A stretch of DNA of 64,000 bases from Peptococcaceae bacterium. GTDB taxonomy: Bacteria; Bacillota; Desulfitobacteriia; Desulfitobacteriales; Syntrophobotulaceae. A program made the position numbers and the translations under genes. The stretch is from positions 11,255-75,254 of the forward strand of contig DUML01000082.1 of the NCBI GenBank assembly GCA_012839895.1, given 5' to 3'. Under the pieces are notes generated by a model. It was not told the DNA's origin and ran no database searches. It was given only the letters and a program-made list of their open reading frames with translations. Each line of letters begins with the position of its first letter. Within the stretch, counting starts at the first letter, position 1. Of this stretch, positions 1-7,911 are shown one piece after another.

Positions 1-1576
1 CAACCGTGGAGACCACGATGGACTGAGCATCGATCATCTTACCCATAACACCGCCTGTACTGTTTGCTGTAACAATGAGTACAGGGTTCATACCAAGCTG
101 ATCGGCTGTGATTCTTTGTAGATTACCGAACATAGCATTGGAGGATGTATCCGAACCGGTCAAGAACACGCCCAACCATCCCAGCATGGAAGCGAAGAAA
201 GGATAAGCCGAACCGGTCTTGGTGAAAGCCAAGCCAAGGATAGCGTCAGTGCCGGCATAACGGGTTAAATAGCCAAGCCCAAGGACTGTGCAAATAACGG
301 TGAAAGGAACTTTCATACGCACAACGGTCATATTGAAAGCTCTCTTCCACTCGGCAGCAGAAAGCTTTAATACGAAAAGGCCTGATATTACTGCCGCCAC
401 CATAATAGCTGTTCCGCCCATGGTCAGAAAGTTCCAGCTATATTTTGCCGCCATGGGGGTTTCGCCGGAACCTACAGGAGGAGTATGGTAAGCTAAGTTA
501 TGCAGAAAGGGAACATCCCAAGTAGGATTAAATAAGCTGTTCAAAAATACCTTGACATCGTTGAGACCGACAAGGAACACTGCCAAAGCCAAGAAAGCCC
601 AGGGCAGCCAAGCTTTAATAACTTCATTCCTAGGATGTTTCCTAACATTAAGAGCTGCTGCCGCTGTTTCGGCTGCATGGGCATCGTCATAAGTCATACC
701 GTGGGTGACTATTCTTTTTGGTCTCCATACTTTTAAGAAAAATACAGTAACAATCATAGAAATGATACCGGAAGCAATATCAACAATCATGGTCCAGCCC
801 ATTTGAGAAGAGAAGAATTGGGCTACGGCAAAAGAACCGCCGCAAACCAGGGTTGCCGGCCAAACTTCCCAAACATCTTTCCATTTACCCTTATCCATGA
901 AGACCATGGTGGCAACAAGCCAGAACGGAATGATAACCGAGAAGAAAGGCAATTGACGCCCGGCCATCATACTAATATATTGGTCCGGGATCCCGGAAAC
1001 CTGGGACAAAGTAAGAATCGGAACACCGATAGCACCGAAAGCAACAGGGGCGGTATTGGCAATCAAGCAAATTACAGCTGCGGTCATTGGGCGGAAACCA
1101 AGACCCACCATAATAGCACCGCAAACCGCAACCGGAGTACCGAAACCGCAAGCGCCTTCCATAAAGGCACCGAATCCATAAGCAATGAGGATGGCTTGAA
1201 GGCGTTTGTCTGGGGTTAAACCTGCGACAGAATCTTTAAGTACTTCGAATTTCCCTGTAATAAGAGTAGTATTATAAAGAAAGATAGCGGAGAAGACAAT
1301 CCAACCGATGGGGAAAAGACCGTTTAAAGCGCCGTAGAGAAATGCCGCAACGGCCATGGGGACCGGCATTTTCATCATAAATAAACAAACGGCAAAAGCG
1401 GTAAGGGCAGCGATAATAGCTGCATATGGGGCAAAAATACCTAAACGCCTATGTCCTTCTTTATCTTTATGCGGATGTAAGGCCAAAAGGTAAAGTAAAA
1501 CTATAATAGGCACAGCGGCGAGGAATGTTGATAAATAAATATTGCCTGTAGGATTATAATTTTGGAAGTATTGCAA
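1..1576 (-). CDS. lctP: L-lactate permease (LctP/LldP family), partial: C-terminus lies beyond the left edge
   Basis: Absent from the ORF track because it is open at the window edge. My minus-strand translation starts at TTG 1576 (SD AGGGAGGG at 1583-1590, 6-nt spacer). It gives MQYFQNYNPTGNIYLSTFLAAVPIIVLLYLL..., closely resembling the LldP N-terminus, and continues without stops as polytopic membrane sequence (GFGAFMEGACGFGTPVAV, NTAPVAFGAIGVPI). Confidence 0.85.
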   Translation of the reverse strand, partial: MQYFQNYNPTGNIYLSTFLAAVPIIVLLYLLALHPHKDKEGHRRLGIFAPYAAIIAALTAFAVCLFMMKMPVPMAVAAFLYGALNGLFPIGWIVFSAIFLYNTTLITGKFEVLKDSVAGLTPDKRLQAILIAYGFGAFMEGACGFGTPVAVCGAIMVGLGFRPMTAAVICLIANTAPVAFGAIGVPILTLSQVSGIPDQYISMMAGRQLPFFSVIIPFWLVATMVFMDKGKWKDVWEVWPATLVCGGSFAVAQFFSSQMGWTMIVDIASGIISMIVTVFFLKVWRPKRIVTHGMTYDDAHAAETAAAALNVRKHPRNEVIKAWLPWAFLALAVFLVGLNDVKVFLNSLFNPTWDVPFLHNLAYHTPPVGSGETPMAAKYSWNFLTMGGTAIMVAAVISGLFVLKLSAAEWKRAFNMTVVRMKVPFTVICTVLGLGYLTRYAGTDAILGLAFTKTGSAYPFFASMLGWLGVFLTGSDTSSNAMFGNLQRITADQLGMNPVLIVTANSTGGVMGKMIDAQSIVVSTV

Positions 1577-1938
1577 AAAAAGCCCTCCCTTCAACAATTA
1601 GCAATCAGCATGGATGAACCATCGGAACCGATATATTATTTCTTTTTAAAATTTTCTCTAAAATAAATTCTTTTTCGGTTCCTATTCAAGTTGGGAGCAG
1701 TACATAATCACCTCCTTTTATAATGGTGAGCCGATCACCGATTTATATTAACTGCCTTGAATAAGCCATGCTTCTTACCAATGCAGTTAATACCTAAAGC
1801 ACAATATTTCAAACCAGAACAATACTCAAAAGAAAATACAAAATAAGGAAGGCACTTTTTACTGAAAATTCAATTTATTTTTAATTATCTTTGAACATCT
1901 TCGCTTATTCAATTGAAATCAACGAAACCTATTTAATG

Positions 1939-1972
1939 AAAAAAAGCCTTGATTTTCTTGTAAAATCAAGGC
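1939..1972 (-). terminator. Rho-independent terminator oriented on the minus strand, with no ORF upstream of it (orphan)
   Basis: Perfect 11-bp stem gccttgatttt (1946-1956) / aaaatcaaggc (1962-1972) with a 5-nt loop. It is flanked by A7 at 1939-1945, which is U7 after the hairpin on the minus strand. No U-tract follows on the plus strand. Confidence 0.6.
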
Positions 1973-2252
1973 TTGACGCCCTAATACCATATTTTTGTAT
2001 ATTGCAATAAAATAATTTTAAAATAAATTAATAACAAACAAATAGAAAAAATTGATAATTTAAATTAATAAACTTAATAAAAGTTATTTATCTTTAATTT
2101 CATTATTATCTTGCTTTTATTTCCTTGGCTTTAAATAATCAAAATAATAAAAACAAGCTACAATTCCTGAAATTTTCTCGTATTATTAGCTTTTAAACTG
2201 CCAAAACTAAAATAGAATTTCTATTATAGAAATTTTATAAGAGGTGAAAAGG

Positions 2253-2600
2253 ATGGGGAAAAATTCTGCCTTAGAGCAACTCAAATATGAAGTTTCGAAG
2301 GAATTAGGATATATTCAAACGGATCCTGCGGATTTCAATTTTGAAGTCTCAGGCGAATTAGGAATTCAAGGGAACAGCGCTGCGAGAAGCATTAAGGATG
2401 AATATTCCAAGTATATTAATAACGCCAAGTTTGAAATTGCTAATGAATTAGGCATCCATTTGAATAAAGGTTATAATGGAGACCTCACTTCCAGGGATGC
2501 CGGAAGAATTGGTGGACGCATTGGCGGTAAGATAGGTGGCAATATGGTCAAAAAAATGGTCGAATTTGCCGAAAAAAATATGAACAGTATTACAGGATAA
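2253..2600 (+). CDS. Small acid-soluble spore protein, alpha/beta type, atypically long (115 aa)
   Basis: C-terminal half KFEIANELGIHLNKGYNGDLTSRDAGRIGG...GGNMVKKMVEFAE matches the two conserved alpha/beta SASP helices. ATG 2253 sits about 6 nt after GAGGTG, so it is preferred over GTG 2244. A strong terminator follows. Confidence 0.85.
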   Translation: MGKNSALEQLKYEVSKELGYIQTDPADFNFEVSGELGIQGNSAARSIKDEYSKYINNAKFEIANELGIHLNKGYNGDLTSRDAGRIGGRIGGKIGGNMVKKMVEFAEKNMNSITG

Positions 2601-2603
2601 AAA

Positions 2604-2631
2604 AGAGGGCCATGTTGGCCCTCTTTTTTTT
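2604..2631 (+). terminator. Rho-independent terminator of the SASP gene
   Basis: 9-bp stem agagggcca (2604-2612) / tggccctct (2616-2624) followed by a T8 run. Confidence 0.85.
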
Positions 2632-2641
2632 GGTATTTTAC

Positions 2642-2671
2642 TTGCCAAAGAAATCTGTCATCCGTTATAAT
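2642..2671 (+). promoter_or_regulatory. Candidate sigma-A promoter for cysE
   Basis: TTGCCA (2642-2647), 18-nt spacer, TATAAT (2666-2671), about 60 nt upstream of the cysE start. Confidence 0.55.
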
Positions 2672-2733
2672 TATTAAGCATAAATTTAATTCCTACTATT
2701 TTCATCGGAAAATATAAGATTGGGGAGTCTTTT

Positions 2734-3438
2734 ATGTCCTTTCTTAAAAATATAAAAGAAGATATTGTTACAGTGTTTGAAAGAGATCCTGCAGCCAAAA
2801 GTACAATTGAAGTTCTCTTATGCTATCCTGGACTACATGCTATTCTTATTCACCGTATCGCCCATTTCTTTTATAATAAGAAATTATTTTTATTGGCTAG
2901 GCTTATTTCCCATTTCAGCAGATTTTTAACAGGGATAGAAATTCATCCCGGGGCTAAAATTGGGCGCAGAGTATTCATTGATCACGGCCATGGTACTGTT
3001 ATAGGCGAAACAACAATTATTGGTGATGATGTAACTATTTATCAGGGAGTAACTTTGGGCGGAACAGGTAAAGAAAAAGGCAAAAGGCACCCTACCATAG
3101 GCAATAATGTAGTTATCAGTACTGATGCTCAAGTCCTAGGAAATATTGTTATTGGCGATAATTCGAAAATAGGCGCGGGTTCAGTTGTCTTGCAAGATGT
3201 CCCCCCCAATTGTACGGTTGTTGGTATCCCGGGCAGGGTTAAAGCACGTAAAGACCCGGCCAAAGGAGTAGATTTAGATCATCATCGCCTTTCTGACCCT
3301 ATTGCCGAAATAATTAATGACTTGCAGGAAAGAGTTAGTAAGTTAGAGAAAATGCTAAAGATTCAGAACCACGCCCTTAGTAATGAATCTGTTGTTGCGG
3401 ATTCCTCCCCTTCCCGGGATTTGACTGAAAATAAATAA
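2734..3438 (+). CDS. cysE: Serine O-acetyltransferase
   Basis: N-terminal ERDPAA motif, [27 protein letters not shown], and left-handed beta-helix hexapeptide repeats typical of CysE. Confidence 0.9.
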   Translation: MSFLKNIKEDIVTVFERDPAAKSTIEVLLCYPGLHAILIHRIAHFFYNKKLFLLARLISHFSRFLTGIEIHPGAKIGRRVFIDHGHGTVIGETTIIGDDVTIYQGVTLGGTGKEKGKRHPTIGNNVVISTDAQVLGNIVIGDNSKIGAGSVVLQDVPPNCTVVGIPGRVKARKDPAKGVDLDHHRLSDPIAEIINDLQERVSKLEKMLKIQNHALSNESVVADSSPSRDLTENK

Positions 3439-3454
3439 CCAAATTTTGGTGTAA

Positions 3455-4399
3455 TTATAGGTTAGTATACTTTTCTACAAGATCAGCGATTATTTTACCT
3501 GCCGGTAAAATTTCGGTGATCTTTTCTATATATTCTCCCGCAAAGATTAATCCTTGCTCTAAATTCCCCTGTTGAGCATTATTCAGGGCTTCCATTATGC
3601 AAAAATTTTTACGGCATTTTTTTAAACAGTTTTGACAATTCTTGGGAGGATGGACTTGGCCATTAATAATTTTAGTAACAAACTCGTTTTTAATTGCTCG
3701 CCCCGGTAAACCTACGGGACTATTAATTAATACAATATCCTCCGGTTTAGCTTGTAAGTAAAATTCTTTTAAGGCTAGGGCACCATTAGCTTCTTCGCTG
3801 GCTGCAAACCTAATGCCCATTTGCACGCCATCTGCTCCCAATTTAAAAATTTCCATGAGATCATGGCTATCGACAATTCCCCCGGCTGCAATAACCGGAA
3901 GTTTTACTGCCTCTCTAACTTGAGGAAGCAAAACACGTACAGAATGATTGGTTCCCAGATGTCCTCCGGCTTCCTTTCCCTCCACCACGACAGCTGAAGC
4001 TCCTAGACTTTCCGCAATTTTAGCCAGCTTAGGAGATGAAACAATAGGAACAAGAGGTGTTTGAGCTTCGGTACACCATTTAAAAATATCCCGAGAAAAA
4101 CCTGCCCCCTGGATTATTAAATCGATTTTTTCTTCCAAGGCTGTAAATACCAATTCCTTAAAACGGCTGACAGCAAACATAATATTAATGCCGATTATTC
4201 CGGAAGAATGTTCCCTAGCCCTCCGGATTTCTTCCCTTAGTTCTCGGGGATCCATCCCTGAAGCGGCAATAATACCTATACCTCCTGCATTGGCTACAGC
4301 CGCAGCCAGCCGTGAAGTAGAGATTCTGACAGCCATCCCACCTTGGATAATTGGATATTGCGGACGGAGATTTCCAATCTGTAAATGTGGAAATTTCAA
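3455..4399 (-). CDS. FMN-dependent oxidoreductase, nitronate monooxygenase / enoyl-ACP reductase II (FabK) family
   Basis: PIIQGGMA, GGIGIIA and GADGVQMGIRF motifs of the NPD/FabK TIM-barrel family. The start is moved to TTG 4399 (MKFPHLQ...), 7 nt after TGGAGGG. The ORF-track start is 4414. Confidence 0.75.
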   Translation of the reverse strand: MKFPHLQIGNLRPQYPIIQGGMAVRISTSRLAAAVANAGGIGIIAASGMDPRELREEIRRAREHSSGIIGINIMFAVSRFKELVFTALEEKIDLIIQGAGFSRDIFKWCTEAQTPLVPIVSSPKLAKIAESLGASAVVVEGKEAGGHLGTNHSVRVLLPQVREAVKLPVIAAGGIVDSHDLMEIFKLGADGVQMGIRFAASEEANGALALKEFYLQAKPEDIVLINSPVGLPGRAIKNEFVTKIINGQVHPPKNCQNCLKKCRKNFCIMEALNNAQQGNLEQGLIFAGEYIEKITEILPAGKIIADLVEKYTNL

Positions 4400-4546
4400 A
4401 ATAAAACCCTCCAAACGTTATAAATATAAGTTAAATATTAAGTTAGATTTTTAGAATATCTGAGCAAAATAAATCTACTATAAGCACGCAAAAAATGGAC
4501 TACAATCGGGCAAAACATGCTGGGTATTCCGGCGGAAATAATGAAT

Positions 4547-4585
4547 AATACTATTTTACTTTGATTATCAAAGTAAAATAGTATT
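4547..4585. repeat. 39-bp perfect palindrome (19-nt arms) in the fabK-like/ku intergenic region
   Basis: aatactattttactttgat (4547-4565) and its exact reverse complement atcaaagtaaaatagtatt (4567-4585), separated by one base. Confidence 0.9.
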
Positions 4586-4728
4586 TAGATTTTACTCTTT
4601 TTCTTTGAATTGTTCAAGTGGCATTTACCAACTGGCATTTTTAAAAAAAGAATAAAGTAAAACAAAACTTGCAAACTATAATTTTAGCAGGTTTGTCTCA
4701 TTATATGCCAAATTCCGGAGGTTATATC

Positions 4729-5592
4729 ATGCATACCATGTGGAAAGGTTCCGTCAGCTTTGGTTTAGTAAACATCCCTATTAAAATGTTTACTGCGACG
4801 GAGGATAAAGATATTAAGTTTCGTTATTTACACAAAGAATGCCATACTCCCCTTAAATACAAAAAAGTATGTCCTACTTGCAATAAAGAAGTGTCTGAAG
4901 GAGAAATAGTTAAAGGCTATGAATATGAAACCGGGCATTTCATTATTATTGAGGAAAAAGACATTTTGACCTTAAAAGCAGAAGTGGATACTCGCAACAT
5001 TGAAATCCTCGATTTTGTAAACTTGTCTGAAATTGACCCCATCTATTTTGATAAATCATATTATCTTTCTCCCCAGGAAAACGGCAGTAAAGCTTATACT
5101 CTCCTAAGGCAAGCAATGAATGCTACCGGTAAAATTGCCATAGCTAAAATGACAATCCGCAATAAACAAACCCTGGCTGCTCTCAGGGTTTACAAAAATA
5201 TTCTAGTCCTGGAAACAATTTTTTATCCTGATGAAGTTCGCCCAGTCAGTGAAGTTCCCGGATTACCTGAGAAAGAAATTATCAATGACAAGGAATTGGA
5301 TATTGCAACCAAACTTATTGATACCCTTACGGCACCTTTCGAACCGGAAAAATATAAGGATGACTACCGGGAAGCTTTAAGGGAATTAATCAACAAAAAA
5401 ATTGCCGGTCAAGAGATTAAAGTTGCCCCTGAAGCTCCACAACGCAAAGTTATCGACTTGATGGAAGCTCTACAAGCCAGCCTCAAAGAAAGCAAAAAGA
5501 AGCAAGAAAATAAAAAGAAACCTACCAAAGCAAAAGCTGCCAGAAAAACAGAAGAAAGCTTAGAAGCTGGAAAAGAGTACAATATCAAATAA
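4729..5592 (+). CDS. ku: Non-homologous end-joining protein Ku
   Basis: MHTMWKGSVSFGLVNIPIKMFTATEDKDIKFRYLHKEC...KYKKVCPTC is near-identical in pattern to the Bacillus YkoV/Ku N-terminus. The C-terminal tail is Lys-rich. ATG 4729 sits 7 nt after GGAGG; the ORF-track start 4669 is rejected. Confidence 0.9.
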   Translation: MHTMWKGSVSFGLVNIPIKMFTATEDKDIKFRYLHKECHTPLKYKKVCPTCNKEVSEGEIVKGYEYETGHFIIIEEKDILTLKAEVDTRNIEILDFVNLSEIDPIYFDKSYYLSPQENGSKAYTLLRQAMNATGKIAIAKMTIRNKQTLAALRVYKNILVLETIFYPDEVRPVSEVPGLPEKEIINDKELDIATKLIDTLTAPFEPEKYKDDYREALRELINKKIAGQEIKVAPEAPQRKVIDLMEALQASLKESKKKQENKKKPTKAKAARKTEESLEAGKEYNIK

Positions 5593-5686
5593 GCCTGTTT
5601 TCATAAAAAATACATATTATCCGTCTTAATGGTCAAACTCATAACAGTAATAAAGTCGCAAATAATTTTTATAGGAGGTTTAGCAA

Positions 5687-7600
5687 ATGCCGGAAAATAT
5701 CCTGGAAAAAACCGAAGGGCGGGTAAGTTACCATGATTCTGTGGAACAAATGCTTGTCCGAATCAGGGCAGACGGACTATCCAATGTCTTTGACCGCTAC
5801 CAGAAACAGGAAAAAATTAGATGCAATTTTTGTTTGCAAGGGTTAAGCTGCCAGCTTTGTACCCAAGGTCCCTGCCGTATAAGTGAAAAAACCGGGCAGG
5901 AAGCGGGAGTGTGCGGTATTGGGCCGGACGCCATGGCCATGCGTAATGTTTTGTTAAGAAACGTTATGGGGGCTGGGACTTACAGTCATCACGCCTATGA
6001 AGCTTTCCGGACTTTAAGGGCAACCGGCCAAGGAAAAACCCCTTTTAAAATTACTGATGTGGAAAAATTAAAATGGTTTTGCAGTCAAGTAGGTATAAAT
6101 ACCAATCAGGATATTAATCAGATGGCTATCCAGTTAGCGGATTTTCTGGAAGCCGAAATGGCTAAAGACCCGTCTGAGCCCAGTAAAATGGTAGAAGTCT
6201 TCGCTCCCAAAAAGAGAAAACAAATATGGAAAGACCTCAATATCTATCCGGGCGGTGTTATCCACGAAGAACAAAACTGCGTAGCCAGCTGCTTAACCAA
6301 TGTTGACGGCGATTATGTATCCCTGGCCAAAAAAGCGCTGCGCCTGGGGCTGTCAACTATTTATACCGCTCAAATCGGCCTGGAGATGGTTCAAGATATA
6401 CTTTTTGGCACTCCAGAGCCCCATGAAGTCAATGTAGACTTAGGGATAATGGATCCTAACTATGTGAACATCGTTTTTAACGGTCACCAGCCTTGGGCAG
6501 GAGTTGCTACCATTCAAAAAGCCCGTACCCAGGAAGTCCAAAAGAAAGCCCAGGCTGCCGGTGCGAAGGGTTTAAGAGTTGTAGGGTCAATTGAAACCGG
6601 CCAAGAACTGTTACAGAGATTTCCTATTGATGATGTCTTTGTAGGTCTCATGGGCAATTGGCTGGCAATCGAACCGTTACTGGCCACCGGTACGGTAGAC
6701 GTCCTGGCCATGGAAGAAAACTGTTCCCCACCGGCTATAGATATGTACGCCGAAAAATACCAAATTACCTTGGTTTCAGTCAGTACCATCATTAATCTTC
6801 CTGGTCTTAAGCATCTAATCCCCTATAACCCTGCCGAATTGGAGGCAATGGCCGAGAAGCTAATCGACTTGGGAATTGAAAACTTTAAGAAAAGAAAAGC
6901 TACTGTAAAACCCCAAGTCCCTGCCAAAGTCCAAAAGGCAATTGCCGGATTCTCCACCGAAGCAGTACTCAAAGCTTTGGGAAACAAACTTGATCCATTG
7001 GTGGAAGTGATAGCCGCCGGCAAAATAAAAGGCGTCGTAGCTTTAGTCAACTGCGCCAGCCTGAGAAACGGTCCCCATGACTGGAATACAGTCAATATCG
7101 CTAAAGAATTAATTAAGAAGGATATTTTAGTGGTCAGCGCAGGCTGCGGTAATCATGCTCTGGAAGTTGCCGGTCTCTGCTCTTTAGAAGCTCAAATGCT
7201 GGCCGGTAATGGTTTGAAAGAGGTCTGCCAAGCTTTGGGTATTCCGCCGGTCTTAAGTTTTGGCACCTGTACGGATACAGGGCGGATTTCCATGCTGGTA
7301 ACCGCTCTGGCTGACCATTTGGATGTGGATATACCCCAATTGCCTATTGCCGTAACCGCTCCGGAATGGATGGAACAAAAAGCTACTATTGACGCCGTCT
7401 TTGCTATCGCTTATGGAGCCTATACCCATCTCTCGCCTACGCCTTTTGTCACCGGCGCCCCCAAGCTGGTCAAACTTTTGACCGAAGATATTGAAGGCTT
7501 AACCGGCGGCAAAATTGCCTTAGGCGATAATCCTGTCGAAGCCGCCAATGAGATTGAAAAACATATCCTCGCTAAACGCAAAGGTTTAGGGCTTAATTAA
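5687..7600 (+). CDS. cooS: Anaerobic Ni-Fe carbon monoxide dehydrogenase catalytic subunit (CooS family)
   Basis: N-terminal Cys pattern C-x2-C-x5-C-x2-C-x4-C-RI...GVCGI (D and B clusters). Further conserved Cys/His stretches follow (GHQP, ENCSPP, AGCGNH, SFGTCTDTGR). Length is 637 aa. SD TAGGAGG lies upstream. Confidence 0.85.
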   Translation: MPENILEKTEGRVSYHDSVEQMLVRIRADGLSNVFDRYQKQEKIRCNFCLQGLSCQLCTQGPCRISEKTGQEAGVCGIGPDAMAMRNVLLRNVMGAGTYSHHAYEAFRTLRATGQGKTPFKITDVEKLKWFCSQVGINTNQDINQMAIQLADFLEAEMAKDPSEPSKMVEVFAPKKRKQIWKDLNIYPGGVIHEEQNCVASCLTNVDGDYVSLAKKALRLGLSTIYTAQIGLEMVQDILFGTPEPHEVNVDLGIMDPNYVNIVFNGHQPWAGVATIQKARTQEVQKKAQAAGAKGLRVVGSIETGQELLQRFPIDDVFVGLMGNWLAIEPLLATGTVDVLAMEENCSPPAIDMYAEKYQITLVSVSTIINLPGLKHLIPYNPAELEAMAEKLIDLGIENFKKRKATVKPQVPAKVQKAIAGFSTEAVLKALGNKLDPLVEVIAAGKIKGVVALVNCASLRNGPHDWNTVNIAKELIKKDILVVSAGCGNHALEVAGLCSLEAQMLAGNGLKEVCQALGIPPVLSFGTCTDTGRISMLVTALADHLDVDIPQLPIAVTAPEWMEQKATIDAVFAIAYGAYTHLSPTPFVTGAPKLVKLLTEDIEGLTGGKIALGDNPVEAANEIEKHILAKRKGLGLN

Positions 7601-7911
7601 AGTTTTTTTTGATCTCCTTTAAAACGCAAAGCTAAGGCGGAATATTTGCTGCATGATAACCTTAGTGCTTGCCATTTAGGTGATAAAACAAGATTCATGA
7701 TAAGTGAACATTTTTAAACATCTATGTAAAGTAAACTAATATACCAAGTAAACTAAGAAAGCTGTCTAGGTGAACCCTCTACCTTTGAGTTCATCCCGAC
7801 AGTTTTCTTTAGCTTTGATTAAAACTTTAGTTTTATTCAAAAAGATATAGGGTTGCTGAACAATTACTTAATACTTACTTTAAGAGATTCAAGAAGAGAT
7901 ACAAGGTCCTG

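Noticed and set aside
288-1219. Plus-strand ORFs 288-491 (67 aa) and 803-1219 (138 aa)
   Set aside because: Both lie antisense inside the minus-strand L-lactate permease coding region, which has clear family-level similarity. They have no SD and odd composition (Asn/Arg/Gly-rich), so they are shadow ORFs.
2180-2209. Sigma-G-type promoter for the long SASP (GTATT-17-CAAAACTA)
   Set aside because: The match to the remembered consensus is weak at the -10 element, and alternative alignments are equally poor. Not reported as a feature.
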